From Candidatus Omnitrophota bacterium (GTDB taxonomy: Bacteria; Omnitrophota; Gorgyraeia; Pluralincolimonadales; Pluralincolimonadaceae): a stretch of DNA of 64,000 bases. A model generated the notes under the pieces. That model was not told the DNA's origin and made no database searches. It saw only the letters and a list, made by a program, of their open reading frames with translations. Every line of letters starts with the position of its first letter. The first letter of the stretch is position 1. The stretch lies in assembly GCA_003141835.1 (NCBI GenBank), contig PLNR01000009.1, positions 72,307 to 136,306 of the forward strand, written 5' to 3'. A program made the translations under genes and the position numbers. Shown piece by piece: positions 38,186-47,198 of the stretch.

Positions 38186-39508
38186 ATGGGACACAAAAAA
38201 GGGTTTATGCTGATCGTGGCTTACTCGGTAGTCGCTGTCATCCTTATCCTTGTCGCCGCTTATGTCTCCCGCAGCGTAGCCGAGGTGAGGATAGCACAAA
38301 GGGAAAAAAATTCCTTAGCGGCGCTTAAAGCGGCGGAATCAGGGATAGACTACGGCTTTGCGTGGCTGAGCCTCCAGCCTGCCCCGCCTGCAGGCGTGAC
38401 CCCTATAGTAAACCCCACGATAACCGGGGTACCGAAACCTGCCCTGACAACCGGGGCATACTCGGTAACGATCATCCCGAACGCCAGCAATCCGACAAAC
38501 TGGCCGAAAAAATACGAAATAGTGGCTGTCGGGACGTCCGGGGACTCGACCCGCACCGTATATTACGAGGTCCAGCGCGATACCTTTGCCAAGAATATCT
38601 GGTTCACGAATACCGAGAGTTACGGCGGGACGAACGTGTGGTTCGTAACGGCTGACTCGCTGGACGGCCCGGTACATACTAACGACAGCTTCAACATCTC
38701 CGGGAACCCGTCTTTCCCCGACCTGATAGATCCGCATCCGACCGAACAGTGCGGTCCGGACATAAATTACATGCACCCGGGCGTGGATAATCCGTATTTT
38801 GCCCAGCCGGTTGATTTCAACGTCGATCCTATAGTGATGCCCGGTCATGAACGTACGGAACCCCTTCGCACCGCAGCCGCGTCCGGCGGCCGCGTCTTTG
38901 CGGGAAGCACTACGATAATTTTGAACGCCGACGGCACGATGAACGTGACGAACGCGACCGGTGGTTACAATAATACCAATATGCCCATACCGGCGAACGG
39001 GGCCATATACGTCCAGAACAGGGTACAGGGGAACCACATCGCCGAATACGGCGATGTCAACGTACGAGGGACGTTGAACGGCCGCCTCACTATAGGGGCA
39101 AACGATGACGTGACTATCACGGGAAATGTCCTGTACAACAACAATCCCCAGACGAACCCAAACTCGACCGACACGCTGGGGCTCGTAGCCGAGGGGGATG
39201 TCATCATCTCGCAAAACGCGTGCCCGAACGGCGCCAATTCAAACCTTACGATCCAGGCGGCCGTAATGGCCATGGCGGATTCGTTCTACCTGGATAATTG
39301 GACCTCAACGATGAAAGGCATCTTGAACGTATACGGCGGGATAACCCAGAACCAGCGGGGGCCTGTCGGGACTTTCAATACGAATAATAACAGCAAGGCA
39401 AGCGGTTTTTCAAAAAATTATCTCTACGACAGGAGGCTGCGCGACGCGCCGCCCCCTTATTATCCGGATACTAATAGATATGAAGGGGCAGCCTGGAGGG
39501 ATCAATGA
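38186..39508 (+). CDS. PilX-like large minor-pilin / pilus tip-associated protein.
   Basis: N-terminus MGHKKGFMLIVAYSVVAVILILVAAYVSRSV is PilX_N-like and lacks Glu at +5. 440 aa, with an Asn/Thr/Gly-rich predicted beta-rich region. Confidence 0.65.
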   Translation: MGHKKGFMLIVAYSVVAVILILVAAYVSRSVAEVRIAQREKNSLAALKAAESGIDYGFAWLSLQPAPPAGVTPIVNPTITGVPKPALTTGAYSVTIIPNASNPTNWPKKYEIVAVGTSGDSTRTVYYEVQRDTFAKNIWFTNTESYGGTNVWFVTADSLDGPVHTNDSFNISGNPSFPDLIDPHPTEQCGPDINYMHPGVDNPYFAQPVDFNVDPIVMPGHERTEPLRTAAASGGRVFAGSTTIILNADGTMNVTNATGGYNNTNMPIPANGAIYVQNRVQGNHIAEYGDVNVRGTLNGRLTIGANDDVTITGNVLYNNNPQTNPNSTDTLGLVAEGDVIISQNACPNGANSNLTIQAAVMAMADSFYLDNWTSTMKGILNVYGGITQNQRGPVGTFNTNNNSKASGFSKNYLYDRRLRDAPPPYYPDTNRYEGAAWRDQ

Positions 39509-39930
39509 AGATATCAAAAACTCAAATAGCCATAATAATATGTTTATGCATCCTCGCGGTAATAATCATCCTCTCGCTCGGCAGGCCACAATCAAAACCT
39601 GCCGCGACGGCGGGACCTGAAGCCAGGCCGGAAGAACAAGCGCTCCCGCAGGCCGGGAAATATGAATTGCCGCCGCAGGAGAATGCCGGATATCCGGCTT
39701 CGCAACCCGTGAACACTCAGTCCGCGAAACCGGCATCGACGCCTTCGGCGTCGACAACACCCGGGACTTTATCTGAAAATACGCAAAGTCCCAATAACAG
39801 CTCGAACGGCGGGATATTGAATCCGGAGCAAGTTTACGAACCGTCGCCTGACCTGCCGCAAAAACCGCCTAAGCTGCCGCCTCCGGAAAAAATGCAGGAG
39901 ATGCAAAGAAGGGGCATAGTGGCGTTCTGA
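39505..39930 (+). CDS. Small membrane-anchored Pro/Ser/Thr-rich protein, last gene of the minor-pilin operon.
   Basis: TM helix IAIIICLCILAVIIILSL, then a low-complexity P/S/T/Q-rich tail. Overlaps the upstream gene by 4 nt. Confidence 0.5.
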   Translation: MKISKTQIAIIICLCILAVIIILSLGRPQSKPAATAGPEARPEEQALPQAGKYELPPQENAGYPASQPVNTQSAKPASTPSASTTPGTLSENTQSPNNSSNGGILNPEQVYEPSPDLPQKPPKLPPPEKMQEMQRRGIVAF

Positions 39931-39946
39931 AAACGGGCGAGGGTCC

Positions 39947-40381
39947 CTATTCTACCGGGACGCCTGACGCGTCGTCTATCCTTATCACCCCGGACTCATC
40001 CACAAAGAAGATCCTGATGCCGGTGATGTTGGGAGTTATCGGGGTCGCCGTGCAGGTGTACTGGTTCGGGCCCACAAAAGTGTAATTGAAATTATATCCC
40101 TGCTTCGCTCCCCCACCCAGGGTAGGATCTATATATGGCGGGTTTTCAGTGCTTAATGTCACAAGGTCCGGAGGGTATGTGGGCGGGTTCTGCATGCTGC
40201 GGTAACTCTCGCAGCCGGTGCTTATCGTCCTCATCGAGCCTATCGCCGACGATTCATTCGCGATGACCCTCGCCCGCAGGAAACCGGGTATCGCGATGAC
40301 CGCGAGCGTGACAAGTATGGCCACGACGATCATTATCTCGACAAGCGTAAAACCTTTCCTGCGGTCCTGGCCCTTACACAT
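39947..40381 (-). CDS. pilA: Type IVa major pilin, paralog 3.
   Basis: MCKGQDRRKG then FTLVEIMIVVAILVTLAVIAIP. C-terminal Cys pair CESY...YTCTATP. The ORF-track start at 40417 is a TTG lying inside a -35 box. Confidence 0.85.
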   Translation of the reverse strand: MCKGQDRRKGFTLVEIMIVVAILVTLAVIAIPGFLRARVIANESSAIGSMRTISTGCESYRSMQNPPTYPPDLVTLSTENPPYIDPTLGGGAKQGYNFNYTFVGPNQYTCTATPITPNITGIRIFFVDESGVIRIDDASGVPVE

Positions 40382-40389
40382 GCTATTTA

Positions 40390-40417
40390 ATCTATAACCA
40401 AAACATAAAAATGTCAA
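40390..40417 (-). promoter_or_regulatory. Putative sigma70 promoter (TTGACA-16-ATAGAT) for pilin paralog 3. It implies a leaderless mRNA.
   Basis: The -10 element ends about 9 nt before the ATG at 40381 and there is no Shine-Dalgarno. Confidence 0.3.
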
Positions 40418-40444
40418 CCCTTCGTTTCGCGCAGGGCAGGCATA

Positions 40445-40480
40445 ACAAAAAGGCGAGGACTTTACTCCTCGCCTTTTCGC
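40445..40480 (-). terminator. Intrinsic terminator after pilin paralog 2.
   Basis: GGCGAGGA-cttta-TCCTCGCC is a perfect 8-bp stem. It is flanked by an A-tract and a T-tract (minus-strand RNA ...GGCGAGGAguaaagUCCUCGCCuuuuuguu). Confidence 0.7.
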
Positions 40481-40499
40481 ATACTTTACGCCCTGAGCG

Positions 40500-40931
40500 T
40501 TATTCTATCGGGTTGCCCGCGGCGTTCGTCAATCTTATTACGCCCGACTCGTCAACGAAGAACACCCTCGTACCGGTTACGTTAGCCGTAACAGGCGTAG
40601 CCGTGCAGGTATACTGGTTCGCGTTTACCAAAGCGTAAACGAAACCGTAACCCTGCTTTGTACCACCGGCCAACGTCGTATCGATGTACGGAGGAGTAGC
40701 GGCGCCTAAAGCTGCCAAGGTGGCCGGATATGTAACCGGGCTCTGGGCTGCTCTGAAGCTTTCACATGCCGTGCTTATCGTACGGAGTGAACTTATCGCT
40801 GCTGCTTCGTTAGCATTGAGTCTAGCGCGTAGTAAGTTGGGTATCGCTATGGCGGCTAAAAGAGCTATAATGGCAACTACGATCATGATCTCAACGAGCG
40901 TAAAACCCTTTCTTCCTACTAGCATTCTCAT
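40500..40931 (-). CDS. pilA: Type IVa major pilin, paralog 2.
   Basis: MRMLVGRKG then FTLVEIMIVVAIIALLAAIAIP. Cys pair CESF...YTCTATP. AGGAGGGG-7nt-ATG. Confidence 0.9.
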   Translation of the reverse strand: MRMLVGRKGFTLVEIMIVVAIIALLAAIAIPNLLRARLNANEAAAISSLRTISTACESFRAAQSPVTYPATLAALGAATPPYIDTTLAGGTKQGYGFVYALVNANQYTCTATPVTANVTGTRVFFVDESGVIRLTNAAGNPIE

Positions 40932-40982
40932 TTTCTTTCCCCTCCTTTCTTCCTAGATTGGGACTTCCTTACTTTCAACTAA

Positions 40983-41010
40983 AGTATAACATAAAAGTTA
41001 TCTCTGTCAA
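40983..41010 (-). promoter_or_regulatory. Sigma70 promoter (TTGACA-16-TATACT) for pilin paralog 2.
   Basis: Read directly from the sequence. It lies in the pilC-pilin intergenic region. Confidence 0.5.
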
Positions 41011-41015
41011 GCGTT

Positions 41016-42227
41016 CTATTTGCCGACGACCTGGATCAGCTTCACTATCGGCAGGAACATCGATACGACGATGCCGCCTACCACGATCCCGAGGAAAGCG
41101 ATTATAAGCGGCTCTATCAGGCTCGTCAACCCGGATACGGCCGCGTCGACTTCGCTCTCGTAAAAATCGGCGACCTTCCCGAGCATCTCCTCGAGCTTGC
41201 CTGTCTGCTCCCCCACCGAGATCATCCTCGTTACCATCGGCGGGAAGACCTTGCTTGCTGTCAGCGGCTGCGCTATCGACTCGCCTTCCTTGATGCTCAT
41301 CTTGGTCTTCAGGACCGCCGCCTCTATTACCCTGTTGCCCGAGGTCTTTCCCACTATTTCAAGCGCCGTCAATATCGAAACGCCGCTCTTCTGTAACGTC
41401 GAAAGCGTGCGCGCGAACCTCGCGATGGCCACCTTCCTTAATAACGGCCCGATAACGGGTATCTTCAACAAGAAAGTGTCGAAGGCAAGCCTTCCCTTAT
41501 CCGTCTTTATGACCTGCGAAAGCGATATGGAACCTATCACCAATCCTATAATAACGAAAAGCAGGTAGCCCCTCACGATATGGGAGATCTTTATCAGTAT
41601 AAGCGTAGGCAGAGGCAGTGTTACGCCGATGGTGGCGAATATGCTCTCGAACGTCGGGACTACTTTGACTATCAGGAAAGTCGTGATAAGGATCGCCATC
41701 GTAACAACGACCGCCGGATATATGAGGCTCGATTTTACTTTCCTTATCAGGGCGATCGTCTTTTCCATGTAGATGGCGACCCTGTCGAGGATCTCATCAA
41801 GGTTGCCGCTCGACTCGCCTGCCCTGACCATGTTTATGAAGAAAGGAGAAAATACATTCGGCTGTTTGCCCAGCGCCTCGGAGAGGCTCAGCCCTCCCTC
41901 GACATTATCGCGGACCCTCTTTACGACGTTCTTGAAACCCTTGCTCTCCATCTGATCCTGGAGCGCGTCAAGGGCGCCGACGAGCGGTATGCCGGCGTCG
42001 ACCATCGTGGCGAGCTGCCTGGAGAAGACGACCAGGTCATCCATTTTTACCTTCCCGCCGCCTCCGAAGGACAGCCCCTTGGCCGTTTCCTTCGCCTCGC
42101 TCAGCGAAATTATCACGTATTCCTTCTGCCTGAGCATGTCTACCAGGGCGATGCTGCTGGGCGCTTCCATGGTGCCGGATATCGTCCTGCCGTCCTTATC
42201 CTTCGCGGTATATTTGAATTGGGGCAC
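41016..42227 (-). CDS. pilC: Type IV pilus platform protein PilC (GspF family).
   Basis: MPQFKYTAKDKDGRTISGTMEAPS, two T2SSF domains, three TM helices. Confidence 0.9.
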   Translation of the reverse strand: MPQFKYTAKDKDGRTISGTMEAPSSIALVDMLRQKEYVIISLSEAKETAKGLSFGGGGKVKMDDLVVFSRQLATMVDAGIPLVGALDALQDQMESKGFKNVVKRVRDNVEGGLSLSEALGKQPNVFSPFFINMVRAGESSGNLDEILDRVAIYMEKTIALIRKVKSSLIYPAVVVTMAILITTFLIVKVVPTFESIFATIGVTLPLPTLILIKISHIVRGYLLFVIIGLVIGSISLSQVIKTDKGRLAFDTFLLKIPVIGPLLRKVAIARFARTLSTLQKSGVSILTALEIVGKTSGNRVIEAAVLKTKMSIKEGESIAQPLTASKVFPPMVTRMISVGEQTGKLEEMLGKVADFYESEVDAAVSGLTSLIEPLIIAFLGIVVGGIVVSMFLPIVKLIQVVGK

Positions 42228-42228
42228 T

Positions 42229-43938
42229 TTATTCCTCCGACGTTACCCTTAAGACTTCCTCTATGGTGGTATGGCCCAAAGCCAGGTTCTCGAGCGCGGC
42301 CGCGCGCAGGGTGAGCATCCCCTTCTCTTTCACGCAATATTCTTTTATCTTATCGCTCTGCACCCTGTCAAGTATCATCTCTTTTATCTTGTCGTCTACG
42401 GTGAGGTTCTCGAGGATGGCGAACCTGCCGTAATACCCCGTATTATTGCATTTGGCGCACCCTTTTCCCTTAAAGAAGGCCGCTTTCTCCTTTTCCTTAT
42501 ATCCTATTTTGTCCAGTATCTCCTTTGGGATGACGATCTTCTCTTTGCAATTCGCGCATACCCTCTTCATCAACCTCTGCGCGCATATAAATACCACGCT
42601 GGACGCTACCAAAAACGGCTCGACGCCCATGTCTATAAGCCTTGTTATGGCGCTCGGCGCGTCGTTCGTGTGCAGGGTCGAAAGGAGTAATTGTCCGGTG
42701 AGCGACGCCTTGATAGCTATATCCGCGGTCTCGAAATCGCGGATCTCGCCGACCATGACGATATCCGGCGCCTGGCGCAGGAAAGCGCGCAGGCCGCCCG
42801 CAAAGGTAAGGCCTATCTCCGGCTTGACCTGAACCTGGGTTATCCCCATGAGCTCGTATTCGATCGGGTCCTCTATCGTGACGATATTCTTTTCCGGCGT
42901 ATTCAATATATTAAGGATGGAATAAAGGGTCGTGGACTTGCCGCTCCCGGTCGGCCCGGTCACAAGGAACATCCCGTAAGGCCTGGAGATCGCCTCCCTT
43001 AATTCCTCCAGGGTCTTGGGGAGGAAGCCGAGTTTTTCCGGGGAAACTTTAATGCTCGATTTATCGAGGACCCTCAGGACGACCTTCTCGCCGTGGACCA
43101 GAGGCAGGGTTGAAACGCGGAAATCTATCTCCCTCTCCTCCATCCTCACCTTGAACCTGCCGTCCTGCGGGAGGCGCCATTCGGTGATATCCATGTCCGA
43201 CATTATCTTGATCCTGGTAAGCACCGCGTTCTGGTTCGATTTCGGCAGGTGCGAGAATTCCGTAAGCGCGCCGTCGATACGGTAGCGTATGCGCAAGTCT
43301 GTCTCCATGGGTTCCACATGGATGTCGGAGGCGCGGCGTTTGAGCGCCTCGCTTATTATGACGTCGACCATCTTGAGTATCGGCGCCTTCTGGCTCTCTA
43401 TGGCCAGCGTGGAAACATCGAACCGTTCCGCATCCCCGGTCTGGAGGAGTTCCAGTTCGTCGTCCTTGACGTCTTTTACTATCTTATCTATGGAAAGCGT
43501 CTCTTCCCCGTAATAGGCCGCGATCGAGGCGATGATATCCTTATCCGTAGCTATGACCGGGTCTATCTCGTATTTAGTCAGGATCTTCAGGTCATCGAGG
43601 GCGAATATGTCGAGCGGATCGGACATGGCCACGGTCATGCGGTTGCCGATCTTCGAAACCGGGATAAGATGGTAAAGGCGCGCGATCTTCACTGGGACAA
43701 GGGAGATGATCTCCTTGTCTATCTTGTATTTCGCCAGGTTTATCGGAGTTATGTTGAGTTCCTGGCTGAATATCGATAAAAGCTCGTTCTCATTGACGAG
43801 CCCCTTCTGCACAAGGATCTTGCTCAGGCTGCCGCCCTTCTCTTTCTGGGTCTTTATGGCCTCGTCCAGTTTCTCCCTGGATATGGAGCCTTTATTCACC
43901 AGGACTTCGGCTAATTTATCTCTTATGCTCTGTGCCAT
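42229..43938 (-). CDS. pilB: GspE/PilB-family pilus assembly ATPase, paralog 3, with an MshEN-type N-domain.
   Basis: Walker A GPTGSGKSTT. CANC...CAKC. N-terminal KLAEVLVNKGSISREKLDEAIKTQKE is an MshEN motif. Confidence 0.9.
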   Translation of the reverse strand: MAQSIRDKLAEVLVNKGSISREKLDEAIKTQKEKGGSLSKILVQKGLVNENELLSIFSQELNITPINLAKYKIDKEIISLVPVKIARLYHLIPVSKIGNRMTVAMSDPLDIFALDDLKILTKYEIDPVIATDKDIIASIAAYYGEETLSIDKIVKDVKDDELELLQTGDAERFDVSTLAIESQKAPILKMVDVIISEALKRRASDIHVEPMETDLRIRYRIDGALTEFSHLPKSNQNAVLTRIKIMSDMDITEWRLPQDGRFKVRMEEREIDFRVSTLPLVHGEKVVLRVLDKSSIKVSPEKLGFLPKTLEELREAISRPYGMFLVTGPTGSGKSTTLYSILNILNTPEKNIVTIEDPIEYELMGITQVQVKPEIGLTFAGGLRAFLRQAPDIVMVGEIRDFETADIAIKASLTGQLLLSTLHTNDAPSAITRLIDMGVEPFLVASSVVFICAQRLMKRVCANCKEKIVIPKEILDKIGYKEKEKAAFFKGKGCAKCNNTGYYGRFAILENLTVDDKIKEMILDRVQSDKIKEYCVKEKGMLTLRAAALENLALGHTTIEEVLRVTSEE

Positions 43939-43941
43939 AAT

Positions 43942-45645
43942 TTAATCCTGCTCCCCGAGGGTCACGCGCACCACCTCTTCAAGGGTCGTGGTCCCGTCAA
44001 AAACCTTCCTCAAGCCGCTCTCCCTTAAAGTCACGAGTCCGGCCCTGCGCGCCGCTTCGTAGACGACGGACTCGTGCGCCCTCTTGGCTATAAGCTCCCT
44101 CAGCTCCGGGTTTATAGCTACCGCCTCTATAAGGCCTATCCTTCCCCTGAAGCCGGTCTTGAAACAATGGTCGCAGCCTTTGCCCTTGTAGAACTTCACG
44201 TTCTCAGGCGCCTTTATCTTAAGTTTTTCGAGCAATGACTTGTGTATTTCCTGGACCTCTTTGCAGCGCGGGCAGATCTTCCTGACAAGCCGCTGGGCAG
44301 CTACAAGGACCACCGAAGAACTGATAAGGAACGGCTCGACTCCCATATTCATCAGCCTCATTATGACGCCGGTCGCCGTGTTGGTATGCAGCGTGCTGAG
44401 CACGAGGTGCCCGGTCAGCGCGGCTTTTATCGCGATGTCGACGGTCTCCAGGTCCCTTATCTCGCCGACCATTATGACGTTAGGATCCTGCCGCAGTATG
44501 GAGCGCAGCGTCGCCGCGTACGTCAACCCGATATTTGTATTTATATTGACCTGGTTTATCCCCGGCAGCAGGTATTCGACGGGATCTTCTACGGTGACGA
44601 AATTCTTTTCCGGCGCGTCTATATGCTTGATGACCGAATACAGGGTCGTCGTCTTCCCTGAACCTGCAGGGCCGCAGACGAGTATCATACCGTGGGGCCT
44701 CCTCGAGGCCTTCTTTAATTCATCGAGGGGTTCCTTCTCGAACCCCAGCCTGTCGACATCGAGCATGGCCTGGGACCTGTCGAGGATCCTGAGCGCTACC
44801 TTTTCGCCGAACGCGGTCGGGACGGTCGAGACCCTGAAGTCGACCTCCCTCTCCTGCACCTTTATCTTGAACCTTCCGTCCTGGGGCAGGCGCCGCTCGG
44901 CGATATTGAGGTTCGACATGACCTTGATCCTGGATATTATGCCCGACTGTATCGTCCTCGGCAGCGATTGCGCCTCCCTGAATATCCCGTCGATCTTATA
45001 CCTGATGCGCAGGTGGTCTTCCATCGGTTCTATGAGGATATCGCTCGCCCTCGCTTTCGTCGCTTCCAGGACTATAGCGCTAGTGAGTTTTACAACCGGC
45101 GTATCGGCTACCGCGCCCAGCACCTCGATCGACTCATCTTCCGGTCTCCTGGAAGAGATGAGCTCTATGTTAGTCTCTTTTACCAGCGCTTCGATGGTCG
45201 AGGTCGCCGCGGTCCCGTAATGCTGGTCTATCGCGGCCTTGACGTCGTCCTGCGTGGTTATGATAGGCGTGATGTCCATGCCGGTGACGTTCTTTATGTC
45301 GTCAAGGGCGAAGACATTAAGCGGGTCTGCCATCGCGACGGTGAGGATGTTGCCCATCTTCGATATAGGCATGATCTGGTAATTGACGGCTATCTTTTTC
45401 GGGATGAACTTGGTTATTTCCGGGTCTATCTTGAACTTGGAAAGGGATATCGGCGGGATGCCGAGTTCCTGGCTTACGATCGCAAGTAATTCCCTCTGCG
45501 TTATCGCGCCCAGGGAGACAAGGATATCTCCCAGCGAACCGCCCTTCTCTTTCTGGGCTTGAAGGGCCTGGTTCAATTTCTCTTCGGTGATCGCCCCTTT
45601 TTTTAACAGTATCTCGCTTAGCCGTTCCTTGATCCCAGATGGCAT
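43942..45645 (-). CDS. pilB: GspE/PilB-family pilus assembly ATPase, paralog 4, with an MshEN-type N-domain.
   Basis: GPAGSGKTTT. CPRC...CDHC. N-terminal RLSEILLKKGAITEEKLNQALQAQKE. Confidence 0.9.
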   Translation of the reverse strand: MPSGIKERLSEILLKKGAITEEKLNQALQAQKEKGGSLGDILVSLGAITQRELLAIVSQELGIPPISLSKFKIDPEITKFIPKKIAVNYQIMPISKMGNILTVAMADPLNVFALDDIKNVTGMDITPIITTQDDVKAAIDQHYGTAATSTIEALVKETNIELISSRRPEDESIEVLGAVADTPVVKLTSAIVLEATKARASDILIEPMEDHLRIRYKIDGIFREAQSLPRTIQSGIISRIKVMSNLNIAERRLPQDGRFKIKVQEREVDFRVSTVPTAFGEKVALRILDRSQAMLDVDRLGFEKEPLDELKKASRRPHGMILVCGPAGSGKTTTLYSVIKHIDAPEKNFVTVEDPVEYLLPGINQVNINTNIGLTYAATLRSILRQDPNVIMVGEIRDLETVDIAIKAALTGHLVLSTLHTNTATGVIMRLMNMGVEPFLISSSVVLVAAQRLVRKICPRCKEVQEIHKSLLEKLKIKAPENVKFYKGKGCDHCFKTGFRGRIGLIEAVAINPELRELIAKRAHESVVYEAARRAGLVTLRESGLRKVFDGTTTLEEVVRVTLGEQD

Positions 45646-45661
45646 CGGCTGTCAGGGTCTC

Positions 45662-46108
45662 CTATTTTTTGTAGAACTTATCGATCGCCTGCTTTATGTC
45701 TGTCGCGGTAGAAACGAATATCTGTATCGAACAGCCTGTCACCATCTCTATGTCCTCGACCGCCTGGATGTTCAGCGGGTCGGCCATCGCGATGGTCACG
45801 GTATTGCCGATCTTATCTATCGGTATGAGGCAATACTGGCGCGCGACGTTCTCCGGCACCATCTTTATCGCCGACTCGTCCATCTCGTAATTGGCAAGCG
45901 GCAGGTACGGGAAACCGTACTGGACCGTGATGGCTTGGGCAATTTGCTCCTCAGTTACATATCCGAGCCCAGCCAGGATCTGGCCCAAAAGCCCGCCCTT
46001 CTCCTTCTGGATCTTCAGGGCCTCGTCGAGATGCGCCTGTTTTATCACGCCTTTTTCCAGGAGGAGCTGTCCGATCGTTTTAGTTATTACGCGCTTTACC
46101 GACGCCAT
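45662..46108 (-). CDS. Stand-alone GSPII_E N-terminal (MshEN-like) domain protein, a putative c-di-GMP receptor.
   Basis: 148 aa. KTIGQLLLEKGVIKQAHLDEALKIQKE matches the MshEN c-di-GMP-binding motif. There is no ATPase domain. Confidence 0.75.
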   Translation of the reverse strand: MASVKRVITKTIGQLLLEKGVIKQAHLDEALKIQKEKGGLLGQILAGLGYVTEEQIAQAITVQYGFPYLPLANYEMDESAIKMVPENVARQYCLIPIDKIGNTVTIAMADPLNIQAVEDIEMVTGCSIQIFVSTATDIKQAIDKFYKK

Positions 46109-46114
46109 ATGGCC

Positions 46115-47182
46115 CTATTTCCTGAATAACCTGTCAAGATCGTCCGGATCAGTGCTGCGAAGTATCGCGTCCTCGTAACTTATCAATTTCTTGTTGTAGA
46201 GCTCGAATAGGGTCTGGTTCATCGTCCTCATGCCCTCTTTCTGGCTCGTCTGTATCACCGAATATAATTGGTGCGTCTTCGCCTCGCGCACCAGGCTCCT
46301 AACCGCCGGGGTAGCGATCAATACCTCGGTCGCCAGTACCCTGCCGTGGCCGCTGGCCTTGGGTATGAGCTGCTGGGCGAGGATCCCCAGGAGCACAAAT
46401 GAAAGCTGTATCCTGACCTGCTGCTGCTGGTGGGAAGGAAATACGTCTATGACCCTGTTTATCGTCTGGACCGCGTCAGAGGTATGGAGCGTCGAAAGTA
46501 CGAGATGGCCCGTCTCTGCGATATCCAGGGCGGCCTCGATCGTCTCGAGGTCGCGCATTTCACCGATGAGTATGACATTCGGGTCCTGCCTTAATACATG
46601 TTTCAAGGATTGCGCGAATGACTGCGTATCCGACCCGACCTCGCGCTGGTCGACCAGCGCTTTCTTGTTCTTGTGGACATACTCGATCGGGTCCTCCACG
46701 ATCACTATGTGGCAATTCTTCTCCGAGTTTATCTTGTCAACCATCGAGGCGAGCGTCGTGGACTTGCCGCTTCCGGTGGCTCCCGTGACAAGGACCAGCC
46801 CTTTGGGCCTTTTGCACAGGTCCTCTACGACATTGAGCGGGAGGCCGCACTCCTCGAAACTCATTATGTGGAGCGGAAGCAGCCTTACCGCCGCGCTGAC
46901 ATAACCTCTCTGGAGGAAGACATTGACCCTGAAACGCCCGAGCCCTTCTATGCCGAACGAGACATCAAGCTCAAGTTCCCGCTCGAACTTCTCTATATGC
47001 TGGGGCTTGAGCATGCTGTAAGCCAGCCTCTTGGTGTCCTCGGCCGCGAGGGTGCCGAATTCGGTCGGCACTAATTGCTCGTCTATCCTAAGCAGGGGCG
47101 GGGCAAATACGGAAATATGCAGGTCGGACGCCCCTTTCTGGACCATCAGTTTAAGCAGTGTCTCTATCTGGACATTCACCAT
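46115..47182 (-). CDS. pilT: Twitching motility retraction ATPase PilT.
   Basis: MVNVQIETLLKLMVQKGASDLHISV...VTGATGSGKSTTLASMVD...GEMRDLETIE. Confidence 0.95.
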   Translation of the reverse strand: MVNVQIETLLKLMVQKGASDLHISVFAPPLLRIDEQLVPTEFGTLAAEDTKRLAYSMLKPQHIEKFERELELDVSFGIEGLGRFRVNVFLQRGYVSAAVRLLPLHIMSFEECGLPLNVVEDLCKRPKGLVLVTGATGSGKSTTLASMVDKINSEKNCHIVIVEDPIEYVHKNKKALVDQREVGSDTQSFAQSLKHVLRQDPNVILIGEMRDLETIEAALDIAETGHLVLSTLHTSDAVQTINRVIDVFPSHQQQQVRIQLSFVLLGILAQQLIPKASGHGRVLATEVLIATPAVRSLVREAKTHQLYSVIQTSQKEGMRTMNQTLFELYNKKLISYEDAILRSTDPDDLDRLFRK

Positions 47183-47198
47183 GGGACCTCCTTAAGGA

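Noticed and set aside
46131-46140. A TTGACA hexamer inside the 3' end of pilT, considered as an internal promoter for the MshEN gene.
   Set aside because: There is no acceptable -10 element at 16-18 bp spacing.
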